From: the human T2T-CHM13v2.0 reference genome, Homo sapiens
Reading direction: 5' to 3' (one strand)
Assembly: GCF_009914755.1 (NCBI RefSeq)
Contig: NC_060930.1
DNA: 64,000 bases
The first letter of the stretch is position 1, and each line of letters starts with the position of its first letter. Below, in pieces: positions 1 through 19,775 of the stretch. The translations under genes were made by a program, and so were the position numbers. Below the pieces are notes generated by a model, which was not told where the DNA came from, made no database searches, and saw only the letters and a program-made list of their open reading frames with translations.

Positions 1-332
1 TACTGCAACTTCTGCCTCCCAAGTTCAAGTGATTCTCCTGCCTCAGCCTCCCCAGTAGCTGGGACTACAGATGCATGCTATCACACCCAGCTAATTTTGT
101 AGTTTTGGCACAATCTCAGCTCAGTGCAACTTCCATCTCCCAGGTTCAAGTGATTCTCCTACCTCAGCCACCCAAGTAGGTGCACACCACCACACCTGGC
201 TGATTTTATATTTTTAGTAGAGACGGTTTCACCATGTTGGCCAGGCTGGTCTTGAACTCCTGACCTCAGGTGATCACCCACCTCCACCTCCCAAAGTGCA
301 GGTATTACAAGCATGAGCCACCACACCCAGCC
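1..332 (-). mobile_element. Alu (S-type) with an extra right-arm segment
   Basis: Antisense Alu; right-arm sequence occurs at 1-105 and again at 107-200, then the left arm. Confidence 0.85.
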
Positions 333-718
333 TCTCTTAAATAATTTAATGCATGTTTGCATATTAAAGACAAAAGTTCTACTGTAAATATGTAAAAAGT
401 TGAAAGGGAATTTTCCAGACTTAATTGACCCTGAGAACATTTTTCTTCTTTTAATGTTAATACTTAGTTATATCCCACTGAACTAGCATTCTAAAGAACA
501 CACTTTGGGAAATGCTGATCTCAAATGGCATTTATTCAACCAGGACTGATAATCAACGTGTACACCAATTCAATTGTATCAGCTGTTTGCAAATGGTGAT
601 TATTCTGATTGATCAATTTATATATCCCAATGGGTTGATTCCTTTGCTGTATTGGTTGTTAATGTTTTGAATATTACCCGGTATTCAAGTAATGCTCATT
701 GAATTTCAAGTAATTGTG

Positions 719-755
719 ATTAAACGTTGATTAAAATCCAGTCATACTTGCCAGA
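719..755 (+). terminator. Possible poly(A) site of an upstream plus-strand gene (ZNF292 by recalled synteny)
   Basis: Tandem ATTAAA at 719 and 730; the assignment is from recall only. Confidence 0.25.
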
Positions 756-2401
756 AGCCCCTGCCTTTAAACATTCTTATCCTACTTCCCATTTCCCACT
801 CTTCTCATTTCATTGAACGCATAGTAACCTTCCTTCCCCACTTCAAAGCCTATCTGGAATGCTTATTTCTCTTATTTCTATGGGTGACTCCATATCCCGT
901 CAGTTCACAGCTTAAATGTCACCTCATCGGAAAGACACCCAGATCATAAAGTTTCACATGCCCATTCTTTACAACAGTTTTTTAAAAAATACTTACTTTA
1001 ATCTATATCTTCCAACACTACCAGTCAATGAAGAAAATGATAATAATACCTGTGTTCTTCAATGACTTTGCCACAATCAAACCCCATATCACTTCCAAAT
1101 CTTGAATTCAATTTATTTTTCTGGCCACAAACTTGTAGCTCACCTGCTCAAGATATCTCTGCTAAAAAAATACTTCTACCTTATTACTACCACTTGCTGA
1201 CTATTCATCAGCTTACTCCTGTCCTCAGCTTGTTCAGCCTAGAAACTAGCTAGATCCCATTGTTAAACGCACTCCTTTGCAAATATCCTCAGACCATACA
1301 CCTCTCCCTCTGTCATGATCCTGAAAAATCCTCAAACCGTCTGTCTACTCTTCAGCAGTGGAATGGAAGAAAATTATTCCAGGAGATAGGTTGGTAATCC
1401 CAAAACTTAAGTAGACTCAACACTACCTGGCAGTTTTTCTATAGTTTTCTGGTAACTTGCTTTCTCAAGCTTAAATGACATACATCCCTCGTTTCATGAC
1501 CTTTAACCACATTTTGCTGAGGAAAAAGAAAAACGACATGAACCTTTTCAACTTTTCACCACCAAATCAATAAACCTGCTTGTATTTGCACTGTATTCTA
1601 CTTAGTAAAAACAAATTCCTCTTCTGGATTCCATCCCCCCACCGCCCATCTCCTTAAGAACTTCCTGTTGCTCTCTTGTTTCATCAATATTTCTTTTACT
1701 TGATCCTTTCCAACAGTTTATGAATAGACTCTAGTAGCTACTATTCTTGAAAAAATAGGGGTTAGACACTTTATTCATCCAACTATAACCCTATTTGTTT
1801 GGTCCCAGTTACAGCCAGTGTGACTTTTCTGCTCATATATGCTCCGTTTCCTCACTTCTGACTTAACTGCCACTTTCTGTGTTCCCACAACACTCCTAAA
1901 ATTTTTTCTTGTTAGGATCACCACTGTCTTCCATGCTGCCGTATGTATTGTTTATTTTTCTGCCCCCACTCACTGCCTCAGGAGCATGCAGAAAGGTTGA
2001 TGACTCCTTGAAATATTCTCTTGGTTTTCTCCTTACCTATTCTGGCTGCTCCATTTCTGATTCCATCCCTAGCTCCATTTCGAGTACCTGACCTCTGGGT
2101 CACTATTTCTCTCTACACTCTCTTTGCATGATTCTGTGGAGTTTAGTATCTGATCGATGTATCTATCCTACCCATATTTATACCTCTGAAGACCAGAGTT
2201 TTCATAGTTCTCTGCTTGTATATTCAGCTGCCTACTTCATAGTTAAGTATATCATGTCCAAACCTTTATGTCCTTTGTCCTACTTTCAATCTGCTCCTCT
2301 CCCGATATCTCTTATCTTGATAAGTGAAGTCACTACCTGGTTTTCTGAAGCTAGGCTTTTAGATGTCCTCATACCAATTCATGTTTTTTCCCTTTGTTTA
2401 G

Positions 2402-2708
<307 letters not shown>

Positions 2709-2881
2709 GTCATTTCTACCTTCTAAGTAGGAAGGAACCTTTCTTGTCATCATAACTCTAATCCAAATCACCATCATATTTTGCCTAAATTATTATAACA
2801 GCCTCCCTACTGGCTTACTTCCAGAATATTCCCCACCAAGCAGACAGATTGGTTTTTTTTTTTTTTTTTCAAGTAATTTCA

Positions 2882-3344
<463 letters not shown>

Positions 3345-4473
3345 AGTAAAAATTAGGGGAGGGAAGGCAGTGAAAACTCAGGCTAAGGGAAAAGCATGTG
3401 TAAAAAGCTCTGATAAGAATAGCTTTTGAGGAAATGATAGAAAGTTGCTAAGGATAAATTTAAAGTGAAGAAAGGTAAGCAAGAGCCAGATCACTTAAGT
3501 GTCTTAGGAAGACCTAATTGTTTGTATTGGACTTTATCCTAAGTAATGAGTTCACATTTGGTTTTTAAGCAGAGGAATGAGATTTCTTACACTTGGAGTT
3601 TTAAAAGTTTACTCTGGAGGGGAAGCATTCCAATGGGGAATTCAAGAAGACTGGTTAGGAAGCCTGTCCAAGTCATCCAGGAAAGAAGATACTGGCTTGG
3701 AATAGGTTGGTGCTGGCAGAGAGAGAGAAAAGTTGATGGACTTGAGAGATCTAAAATATTGGACAGGACTTGACCATTAAGGATTATGGGAAAGGAGAGA
3801 GGGGAAAGAAATGTGAGGTTTTTGGTTTAAATAAATGGTTGAAGACATACCATTTCTTCATGAAGCTAAGATGAAGAGGAGCAGTTTTATGAATGGATGG
3901 TTGCTTAGGGAAAGAGAATATAGAAAAGGGCTGAATCCAGAAGAACTCAGTACTTAGAAGCAGATTAATAGCAAAATAGAATCATGGCAACAGTAGGATG
4001 GACATATTTAAAGGAGGCATGTACAGCTCTGTTACATTCTGCCAACATAAGAATTTAAAGTGTCCTTTGGATTTAGTGGTAAGAAAATAATCAGTGACCT
4101 TTGCAATTACTTAGTTTTAGTGGAAGCCAGAAGAAGGTTGAGGATTATAGAAAGCAAGTTTAAACGCCTATATTTGAAAGTTTGTGAAGGGGAGGGAAAG
4201 ATGGACTGGTGGCTGAAAAATGTCATGGAATTTCATCAAAGTTCTTAAAATGATGGACAAAATAGAATATATTGAAGTGCCAGTGAAAGGATTTGGTAGA
4301 GGTTACGATGTGAGGAATAGCATATCTTATAAAATTCATAAGTTTCTGTCTTTAGTATTTGTGAATGTTGATGCTGTTTACCAAGATAACATAGAAGGAA
4401 TTGGATTGGAGGAAAGGATAATGTTGAGTGTGAGATTCCTGTAGGTCATCCATGCAGAGATGTATAGTGATCA

Positions 4474-6938
<2,465 letters not shown>

Positions 6939-8258
6939 TAGTGATCAGTACTTTATATGAGACTCTGAAACTGCAGTTCTGGATTTTAAATTACTTGAGG
7001 GCAAGTGGTCTGTCTTATCTCCAAAGCATTTAGCTCAGGATCTGGGGTATAGTTAGTATTTATTACATTTTATTGGAACTGAAGGGAGAAGCAAAATCAG
7101 TCTTTAGATCTAATATACAAGTCTGAGAGTTAGCCATTTTTAACCTTAGTTTGAGGAAAGAAAGGACAGCATGCCCAGAAAGCCCACGGAAAAAGATAGC
7201 CAAGGCGAAAATCATGAGGAACACCAACATATAGTAGGCAGAAGAGACCAGCAAAGATGACTTGGGAAGGAAGAGTCAGGTGAGAACTAGGAAAGGGAGT
7301 GAGTGTACAGAGCATTATGGAAGCCAGAAGAGGGAGAATGATGAAGTGTCAATGGTCATGCCAAATGCCATTGAGAGATAATTAAGAATAAGATAAAGAC
7401 TACTAGAATTAACTGTTGGTGGTCATTGATCATTAGAGAAGTTTTAAAGAATGCCAAATACTGTTTATTTTCTAGTTTAATTGAATGAGCTAAGGAAGTG
7501 AAAGCAGGTAGTTGTTACTTAGGTAGGTAGGTAAGTCGTGGATGGAACCTGGTCCAAGAACACAGGTTGGGAGTATTAACATTACAAAGTAGGAAGGATA
7601 CCTCTTAGACTAAGTCTGTTAAGTAGAAATGTTGAGCTCCTTGTCAGGAAGGAAAGAAACAACATTACCACTCAACAGCAAGCCTTAGGAAAGTAGAAAA
7701 TGAAGTTTTGAATGGTGAAAATTTGAAACAAAAGATAGGAGGAAGAGCTGAGTAGGGGATATGAAAGGATTACCAATCAGCTAATAAATGCTGTTTCTCA
7801 CATTCAATGCCCAGGTGATTTAGGAAAGCATAATATTTTAGTAGCACCCTCTGCATGATTCCATGGTATACCTGATAGTGTTCCTCAGTTGGATGAAAGA
7901 AGGAGGTGGTTGTGTAGTCCTGGTAGAAGTAATATGTTGATGAGTTGAGTCTGGATAGGGAAGGAAACAGCCAAGAGGACACATGAAAAGGGAGTGGTCA
8001 AGGAACTGGAGGTCTTAATGGTGACAAAGAGGGTATAGTGGGAATAAGGCTAAAAATGAGGTATGGAAGACTGGGACATTGAAATTTATGATTATAGGAG
8101 TAGTACAGTTCACAGTGTCTGGAAATGGCCATACAATTAGATTCCTGAATTCGATGTAGATTAACTTTGGTCCATTTTATTGGATGGACTGTACGCAGAA
8201 GATGCCCTTAGTAGAAACCAGTGTGAGAAATGCTGAAGTCCTAAATTTGCTTTAGCAG

Positions 8259-8406
8259 GGCCAGGCCTGGTGGATCATCCCTGTAATTCCAGTGACTTGG
8301 GAGGCTGAGGTGGGACAATCGCTTGAGCCCAGGGGTTCAAGGCTGCAGTGGATTATGATCCCAGGGTAGGTGGCAGAATGAGACCCTGTCTCAAATAAAA
8401 AATAAT
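8259..8406 (+). mobile_element. Alu monomer (FRAM/AluJ-like)
   Basis: Single diverged Alu arm with A-tail. Confidence 0.8.
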
Positions 8407-9149
8407 TGATAAGGAGTGTACCTACAGGCTGTGTGGTACACGTAAGGAGTTTGGGAAAGCAGCTTCTTGAGAGTATTGTCTTGGGAGATCCATGTTCAGT
8501 TAAGATGAAATTGCCGTATATAAGTCTGCAGCAGTAAAGAACAAGAGTTCTAGAGAGAATAGAGGGAACCCTAGGGAACATAATTAACAATATTGGCAGG
8601 CATATTTGGAGGAAGTCAGAGAAGAAGAATTGGAATAGTAGGAATGGGAGGATAGGTAATAGGAAGATTTTGGGTTTTAGTGGCCAAAAGAAAAGATAAA
8701 CTTTATAATTCTTCAAGTCCAAGGAATCTGGTCTGTCTGGCTTGCCTAGGCCCTGTGCATCGGATCTGCTAGTGATAGTTAACATTTGTTGACTGCTACT
8801 ATTTGCTAGGCACTGCACCAAGAACTTTTCTTGTATTTCTGCTTATTCTTACACTAACTCTAAGAGTTAAGTGCTGTTATCCCTATTTTAAGATGAGGAA
8901 ATTGAGTAATATGAGGAAAGGCTACAGGTCTTACCTAAGGATCACACAGATAGTATGTGGCAGAGCTGAGAGTTGAAACCAGGCAAACAGTCCAGAGCTT
9001 AGCCAAATGAGATAATAGGTTGCTTAGTATTTTTAGCTGGAAGATTCCATAAAAATTATCCTAGTATCAGAAAAGAATTTTCTCTAGGTGATTACGAAGC
9101 AGTGTTAGGAGCTGATTAGTAAGTGGTTTTCGTTTTTTAAGACCCACAG

Positions 9150-9232
9150 TATATGTATTATATATATATCATGTATATTATATATATATATCATATATAT
9201 CATATATATATCATATATTCTATATATAATAG
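9150..9232. repeat. (TA)n/(TATC)-type low-complexity microsatellite
   Basis: Direct inspection. Confidence 0.85.
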
Positions 9233-9712
9233 AAATTTACTTATTTGAAAATTTCAAAACCATCCTTAGTAATTTATTTACTAATATATATATGTGTGCA
9301 TGTATATATATATGTATACCTATTCACCTTTGCTTATGGTTTAATTAACATTGGTTCCAAAGGAAAAGAATAAACTTCTGGAGCCAGGAAGGAGGTGGCT
9401 GTGTTGATGAAGGTAGGGAGCACAGAACAAAGGGGCTGTCTACAAGAGGTCTGCACTGCAGTGTGTACTCTTAAACCAGAGAAGCCAAGAGAGAAATGGA
9501 AATGAGAAGCAATTGTGCAGGAATTTAATGGACTCTGACTAGAGTAGAATTCTCTAGTCAGTGTGTATTGGGAGGGTTATAATAGAAACTTGTAGTCAGA
9601 GGTTTTGTTTGCTACCAGGTTCTTTTTGTTCCCCAGAATAGCTATGAACATGGCAAAAGAATGTTCACTGTGCAAGCTGCACTTACACTGTCTTTAGTGC
9701 TACCACCCATAG

Positions 9713-10283
<571 letters not shown>

Positions 10284-13200
10284 GCCTTTAAGATGTTAAC
10301 CAACTCCTTGACACTTAAGATTTGGATGGGAGAAGGATATACAGAGAATCAGTCTTGTTTATGTTTTTTCAGTACACTTTTACATTATCCAAATACTTAA
10401 GTCATTCTTGGCAATCCTTGTTTGCTACTTCCAACCCTATTAAAACTGATCGGCTCATTAGATTTACTTATTTGAAGATTTTAAAACCTCAGCTGCAGCA
10501 GTACAAAATTTTCTCTCAAGCATGTGTACTCTTAAAGGAGAATTTCTAATCAAGTATGGCAGTTGGGTGTTCATTTATGCAGTTTAAAATTTGATCCTCA
10601 CAACCACCCCTGCCCCATAAGAAGAGGAAAATTAGCAACCCCATTTTATAAAGACAGTCACATGGGAAAATTTAAAGACTTTTAACAGCAAACCTATGAA
10701 ATAGGTCTCTGGCCCCTAGTTCAGAATGTTCTCCATTGTCCTGGCTGATGAGTGTATTGCCATTTATTTCAAGGCAGAAGAATGAAGCTTGAGATTGTCA
10801 GAAATATATAGGGAAAGTTTTTAGGTTTTCATTGTAAATACAGGAAGTAGTGCAATACACTTCTCATTTCAGTAAATAAGGCAAAATTAGAAGTTATGTC
10901 ATACATTAATGTCTTCAGTTTAAAAAGTCTTATCACTATAAAATGAGAAACAAGTAATTCTAGTTTATTTCAACAAAATCTTGAGGACCGTATGAAAGAG
11001 AACATCTGCTCTGCCAGAAGTGAAAAGACCAGAAACCTAGAATGCTCTGATCATGATGTGCTCTTAGCAGCACAAAATAGAGGCTGGTTGGCTCTGTGTA
11101 ATCCTTGAGCTTTAGGTATGTGTTGTTCGGACTGCCTTTCTCTAAGCTGATATCCCTGACAATGAGAGAAAAACTGAATTTTGATTTTAAAACTATAATC
11201 TGGAACCCAGCATTCCTGTGGCCTAGCTACATTTTTTTTTCTTTTTCTTTTTACTGACCAAGCTATAACCTCTAGGCAGCTTTCCTTGGAAATACAACAT
11301 TGAAGCAAAGGGCAGACACGCTCTCTTAGAGTTTTCAAGTCTCATACACAGAATTGGGCCCTCAGTTACAAAGTGCCGAGCTCAAAGATCCTGGAAGAGA
11401 AGCTTGGGAAGCCCAAGGCTGAGGACTGGCTCTAGATAGAACAATAGGTAATATTTAATAAACAATCATGTGTCAGCAACTGTTCTGAGCTCTTTGTATG
11501 GCAATTCATTTCTTATAACTAAGAAAGGAATTAGCTACCACTGGAGGTAACTCAGTCTTATTTGTGTTATCACCATCTGACTATTCCAAGGGACCAGTGT
11601 GTTCTTGCTGAGTCAGGTTAACAATCCTAGATACTGCTTGAAGGAAAATTTATATAGTAGTCAATAGCGTGTGTGTGTGTGTGTATGTACACACTATATA
11701 CACACACCTTCAACAAAGCAAACATTGTGGTAGATTTTATAATCCTGTCAGGGTAGTGAGAAAGACCATGTCACCATTTGGCAAAATATACATTCAAATC
11801 CTGTTACTACCTTGCTTTCTCTTCTTTATCAGAGGCCATATTCATATTGGCTTCATCAAAAAAGTTACATACACTCCTTTTCAGCAAACGTGTATGCATA
11901 ATCAATAAATATTCAGATGTTCTTTGAGCACTTTTCTCAGAATATTTTTTTTAGGTGATTTGCTTCACTTGTAGCTGGAGTTGGGTCTGGAGTGAAATTG
12001 GAAGTACAGTAACTTACATGGCTCCATATGAAGTAAGTTTAAAAGTGGAGGTGTGTGATGAGTGTATAAAGCTTGTCAGTTTCATAGGCTAACTTAACAT
12101 ACATGTTGCTCAGTTACTGAATTGCACAGGATTAAGAGGCCACAAGATGGCAAACTAACACTGGAAAGGAGTATGTACAGTTAAGGTCTGAAAATTGAAC
12201 CAGAAATTACCTTCCCATTTTTTATTTATATTTTAAAGGGGACATGGGCTAATATGTGGTAGTCATTTATATTTTGGGGTACTTAAACAGTTATTAAAGT
12301 ACAGGTTTTTTTTATTGGGAGATGACTATGACACTTTAGCTATTGGTCCATTTTAGGATTAATAGACCAGCCTTCATAATGGAAAAAGGCTAAAGCCATC
12401 ATGTTTTGATTATACATATTTAGTTATCTAATAAGCTTTAAAGAAAAGTAACGGTCATTATGTGGATATGCCAGTATTCCAAAGATCTTTGAAAAAATGT
12501 TTTACAGGAAATTTCTGGAAGACTGAATTTGGAGTTTTAAAAAAACTGAATTCTTGCTCAGTCACTTCAGGTAACTGGGCAAGTCACTGTATCATTCTAG
12601 GTTGTAGTCTGATTCGTAAGTATTTTGAAGATTTTTTCCAATTCCAGAATATTGTGATTTTTGTTACTTCATACAACACAGTTATGCTGAAAAATTCAGA
12701 AATATGTTCATTGTTTTTGAGCAATTACTGTGGGTTAACCCCTGAAGGTAAAATGATGGAGGACATAGTTCTTGCCTGCATTCAAAATGCTCACTATTTA
12801 GAGGGGGGGATACAAATGTGTAAGCAAATAACATAGAGATAAGTGATATGATAAAGCCATGTATTGTTAATTACAACACCTAACATTTTAAAATAATCTC
12901 TACATGCCGTGCTTTGCATGAGTCATATAATCTGTACAGTGGCCCTGTGAGATATGTATTATCACTTATCCCCATTTTATATCACATTTTGCTCTCTGAC
13001 AGAAATATTTGATCGAAGCCTTACAATTTCTCAAGGTGGAGAAAAGAATTAAATCACACAAAATATTAAGTACCTCACAGGTACTAACTATAATGCCATG
13101 ATTTTAAAGAACATAAATCATAACCAGTTCTTTGGGACTACCTAAATTGTCTGTTGTAATGAGCTGCCCTGTCATACGTGAAATTTGTTTCTTAAAGATG

Positions 13201-13802
13201 ATTCTGTTCATCAGAGATCTTTCTGTGGACTCAGGTTTAGATACAGCCAATACAAAGTCTTATTTTGCCATTGTCCAATATTTAGTTACTAGAAACATGG
13301 GATCTTGAAGAGTTTAAAAGAAATTTGGAGGTCATCTAGCTGTACCTTCTATATAATCCGGAAATATTATTGAACATCTTATTCAATGTTAGGGAATCTC
13401 ACCACTTTATTGGGCAACCATTTCATTGAGGCAGTTCAAATTAATAAAACTTTCCAATTATTAGGTAAAAAAGAAAAATCTTTTTCTCTTATTTTCAACC
13501 ATTGGTCCTGGTTCTGCAACTTTGAAACACAAAATAAGTTGTCTTTGAAGCATTGGGAAAACAATTCACTACAGTCTGGACACACACCTTTGTTAATACA
13601 GGTATAAATGAGCTCAAAAAAGTCTCATACTACACTTTGCTCATGTTAAGGTGGTGGACAGCTAAAATTCCAAGAAATTCATATCGTGAACTAATATCAT
13701 CTTGGTCTCATACTAAAATCTTAAATCTTGGTGCAGAATGATTGCTTGTTCCATTTCACCTGACTTAAATTCTGAACAAAATTAACCCTGCTGAGATTTT
13801 TT

Positions 13803-13866
13803 ATGTTTCAATTTTAAATGTTTCAATTCAATTTTTTAAATGTTTCAATTTTTAAATGTTTCAAAT
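13803..13866. repeat. Short imperfect tandem repeat, unit about TTTTAAATGTTTCAATT, about 3.5 copies
   Basis: ATGTTTCAA occurs four times. Confidence 0.85.
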
Positions 13867-15373
13867 ACTAGGCATTTCTTTTGTCTTCAGTTGATATAGG
13901 CATGCCTTCTGTGTCTTCATCCTAGTCACTAATGTGAATGTACTCTGGAACTGTTTGGAGCAGTAAGTAAAAGAAATTAACGAGTCAGTGATTTATATCA
14001 GGTAGGAGTTAAGTTGCCTCTCACATAACAACAAGCAGACAGTAGGAAAATAGGCAGTTCGAGGCTGATAAGGCAATTTCATAGTGGCATCAGTGTCCCA
14101 GAAGCCTGCCTATCTTCAGAAGGTCTCACATCCATCTTCAGAGTCACCTCATGGCAGAAAGATGTTGCCGGCAACATTAAGCTATGATGTTTCAGGCAGG
14201 AAGGGGTGGGGGCAGGAAAAAGATGCATGCAAACTAGGTCAGCACACTTTTTAAGCAACTTTCCCCAAAGCACCTTGTTGCTTTGACAAGAAGATAGTCA
14301 CACAGCTACCTCTACATGCAGAGGAGACTTTAAAATATACCTTTTTAGCTGGGCACATTGACATCCCCAACAAAATCTGGGTTAAGTGGAGAGGGAAGAG
14401 GAACACAACGTTTTTTTCCAAGAAACGTTGAGCTGCTAAGTGCAGGGACCTAACCTGTGGGGATATAGGGATATAAAGAGATGAATAAGACAAAGTCCTT
14501 GACCATAATCACAGTGATTAATTTTTAATATCAAATTAATGTAATTAGGAACAATCTTCTCTAAGAGAATTAGCTTATCGGGTTTGCTTATCTTCCACAG
14601 AAAGTCAAATCTCAAGTTACTGCACTTTTCTTTGAGATAAATATGAATGAAAACTCTTGGCTAACCTAGTGATTAATACCTCTTTTAATCACGGGATTAC
14701 TGATCATCTATTTAGTTAACATTTTTATACCAAGAATGTGGTAGTTGTACTGCTTAATATTTGTCTGCTCTGGCCCCAATCCACAGCACAGAGTTTAATA
14801 GTGACCTTTTACAAAAGAAGAGGAATCAAGTCCACTTTTTCAATGTCCTGTTTTTGATTCATCCCCAATTCTACACAACAGCCATTCTCTCTCTTTACTC
14901 TGATAGGAGGCATTAATATCTGAAGGTTTTTTAAGATAAAGTATTAACAAATTACATATTTCCTCTGAACATTTTTCCTTTTTAATAGAAAAAAAATAAA
15001 AATTATTTGTAGCTGGAGCAGGATTTGATACTTCACCTTTAAATAGATGGGAATATAGACCTATGTCAGTAACATCCAGAACTCATTTTACTTTGCTTTC
15101 AAACAATATTTGGGAAGATTGTAGTATTTTTAAAAGATAAGTATCTCAGTTGTTTATTAGACTGTCTAACACTGTGGAAACAAGATGGGTCTGCAGAAAA
15201 TTCTCAGAGCTCCTCACGGTCACCAATATCTTTTACAGCCAAAGGAAGATTTGCTTTGTGAAAAAAGGCCCAATTTATATTAGAGAAAGCACTTCTGGCA
15301 GGTCTTTCCTAGAACACCTTCCTTGGGCTTTTGTCATAAAAATTCAATTGAATTCTGACATGTTTTGCCTCTA

Positions 15374-15883
<510 letters not shown>

Positions 15884-17789
15884 TCTAATCAGTCTTTTAA
15901 AGAGCTATGAAGTGCTCCTCACTTTTGTGCTCTGTGCAGTGTTAAATATACAAACAAAATAAACTAGGAATAAATCGACATCAGTGTTTAAGAAAAGTGT
16001 TACATGTATGTGATGGGATATGAGCTAGAATAAGGAGAGGCAGGGCACTATAGGCTTTTAAATTATTAAAATTTTGTATTATACAGGAAAGAAAGTTATG
16101 AAGAAGGTGGCTTTATTGGGACTCTCAGTTACAAGACACAGAAATCCAACTTGAACCAGCTTAAGCAAAAAGGAATTTATCTTTCATGTAACTAACCACA
16201 GAAAGATTAGGGGTAGAGCCAGACTCAGGGACAATGGGATTGAGGAGTTCAAACATCCTCAAGTCTTTGCCTTTTTCCCTCTCCTCTCTCATCTTCACAG
16301 TCTTTTTTCTAGATTGGCTTCATTCCATTGGGAAGACTGGAACCACAGCCACTTAGAGCTCTGGGCATTCTTTTGTACAAGTGCTTGAAAACATTTCCTG
16401 CCAGCTCTAATGAGAACTCCTGTGGCCAGGAACAAGGTCTGTAACTAGAAAGAGTATGGGACAAGTGCAGAGCAGTCGGAATAATCACTGCAAGCTGGGA
16501 GTGGCTTAAATGAAATTAGGGAGACCTCTGTTTAGTGATCTGGGAAGACCTATGGTTGATTGTTCAGTCTGCCTGTACTAGTTGCATGTCCCTGAAGAAA
16601 AGTGACTGCTTTTTCCTCATCTCCAAGGTTACTGTCTGCTCTGTGGACACCAGAAGGTTTCGGAGTAGAACAGTTGAGGTGGGCCAGTGAGACCAGGACA
16701 CAGGTTTAAGATACTTCACCCTCCATGAGCCTTAACAGAAGTGGACATTTTCTTGAGCAGGAATTATGCATTAAATCTTGGGATGTACATAGCACAGTGT
16801 CTTGCTCCCAGGTGCTCAATCAATATTAATTTACCAATAAGAGAAACAATATGGTACAAATTAACTGCCAATTTCTCTCAATCAAATACTTTGGGTCCTC
16901 ACTGACCCCAAGAAAGCCATCAGAATGTTCTCATAGGAAACTCACTTTGTAAATTAAGGCACTACCAGCAAGACTCAAGGAACGAAAATCACTCACCTTC
17001 CTATTTAAACATCTTCAATGCCATTGCCCTTGCTCACATTACCTTTCAGTTTCTTCTATACAAAGTGGAAATGCAAAGAATATATGGCCAAGCAGTTGGA
17101 CTTTTTTGCTTAGGCAGAACTTGCCATAACTGATATGAAGAGGATGAGCTCCCCCAAAACATTTTTGGCATCAAACTCTTCCTCAGACTGACAAAGCCCC
17201 TTATTTCCATTCCAGTTCTGCATTCTGAAACCCTGTTTTCTAGATTCTGTGCTGTGATCAGGGTCTCAAAAACCTTAAATTTTTTTTAACCATCTATTAT
17301 TGTCACACATACACACACAAAATTCATGATTACCTGCATTCATGCAGGCTAGATGTTTTCATATTCAATGATAAAGTACATGTTTGTAAGCTCAAGTCCA
17401 GCAGTGATCTGTGGTATAAATTGAAGAAAGGGGTAAACCACAAATTTCACCTCTCTCTCTGTTGTCTAGAACACAGTCTTTAAGATAGAAATAATGACCA
17501 CTGCTGCTGACATGGTCTGTAGACCATGTAATGACCCAAATAACCTTCATTGCGCATGACTTGTAATGAGATTATATTCTAAAGAGGGCAAGGTATGGAA
17601 GACATAATTGGTTTTTGTTAAAATTACATTTTTATGCCCTGATTTTCTGTTAAATTCTTGAGGGAGAAGAATAATTTCTTAGCCAAGCAGTGTTGCAAAT
17701 CCTGTTCTAAAGTTGTCAGAACATGTTTTATTTCACATAGTAATCATACCTACTGCAGTCTAGCAAAGATACCAATGACAGCCAAAGAG

Positions 17790-17815
17790 CATTGTGAAAT
17801 ACCCTTATTTTTATT
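17790..17815 (-). terminator. GJB7: Probable GJB7 poly(A) signal and cleavage region
   Basis: AATAAA at 17815-17810 (minus), CA about 15-20 nt downstream, then a GT/T-rich element (ctctttggctgtcattggtatctttg); a second AATAAA at 17732-17727. Confidence 0.65.
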
Positions 17816-19049
17816 CTGAAGAAATGTACATATGTTAAAGTACTAAATCCAAAGAGAACATATCTGTGAATTGCTAAGAAAATATAGAAAAGTAAAGAAA
17901 GTTCTAGTCTTCAAAACAAGTGATAAACTTTTAAAACATTTTTGCACCACTGTAACAACATAGTACACATTTTACTATCTGTCCTAGAGGGAGATATACT
18001 AGTAAATTATAGGCGAACTATGACTTACAGTATAGTACATAGTGAATTCCTGATTATGAAAGGTTCAACAATATGAATATTTACAAAGTATTTCAATGTT
18101 CTTTTGGTTAAATAGAAGTCTTAAGTAATTATCAAGTGGGCACATTCTTTTTCTGTGGCCTCCACTTCCTATCAATGTGTTGCCTTCTGGGGGACCTGCT
18201 TTCCTTTCTGACTCTAGAGTGACCCTTTCGGATGTCTGCTGGTTCAGGCTTAAGTGGGATACCTCCCAGTAATATTTCTACTTGATTTGGAGACCACTGA
18301 AATGATAGCTTTCCTCCCTCTCCTCTAATCCACTTATATCCAAGGATCCCTGAATCGGCAAGAGGCCTGGGCTCTGTGGCCTTTTCCCTAGGCGGGACCT
18401 TCCTGTTGAATGTTCCTCTGTGTGTCCCCAGCTGGCTGCTATCCTATCCCACAGTTTTTCCCTGCAGAGATTGAGTAGGACAGGGAGTGGGGCCTTGGCT
18501 GCCACTTTGGAAAGATTGCCAGTTCCTTCATTTCAGCTCGGAGGCCATCACATTTGCCTAAAGTGTCACTTTTTATATTTTCCAGTTCATTGTGCACCAA
18601 TTGTAATGAGATAGTTAGAAAAAACAGAAAACTGACACAGGGTTTCTTTTTTTTTTTTTTTCCTGAAAAATCTAAGCTCTTAAAAGAATCCTGTTAGATT
18701 TCTTCAGACTAATTTGCAATTACCTATTCTAAAACAACTAATGTTATCCACATACTGGAGAACCCTACAACAAAACAATGAGACCTCTGTCTAGAGCTCA
18801 TAACTGAAAGCATATTGACAATGTAAAAAAATTCCTCCCAAATGATACTAAAGCTGATGTGCTTTGTCTTCCAACTCAGCTTAGGCCTTGCTGAGGAGGG
18901 ATGCAGGTTTTCTTTGTTTAACCCTCTTGTGTGTCACAGAGTAGCTTTGCTTCAGGTAGAGGGAGTGTGTTTATGGCCAAGTGTGAAGATTCTGGAGTAG
19001 GGGAGGGGTCCCTCTCCTACCACATTCAACATATCTGAGGCTGTGGCAC

Positions 19050-19724
<675 letters not shown>

Positions 19725-19748
19725 TTAGGCTCAAAAGAAGGCAAGACT

Positions 19749-19775
19749 CTGCAAAATAAGACAATTTCATCAGGA
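19749..19775 (-). other. GJB7: 3' splice acceptor of the GJB7 coding exon (exon starts 19748, 27 nt before ATG)
   Basis: Minus strand reads ctgatgaaattgtcttattttgcAG|AGTCTTGCC...AAGTCATG: branch-like ctgat, pyrimidine tract, cAG. Confidence 0.85.
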
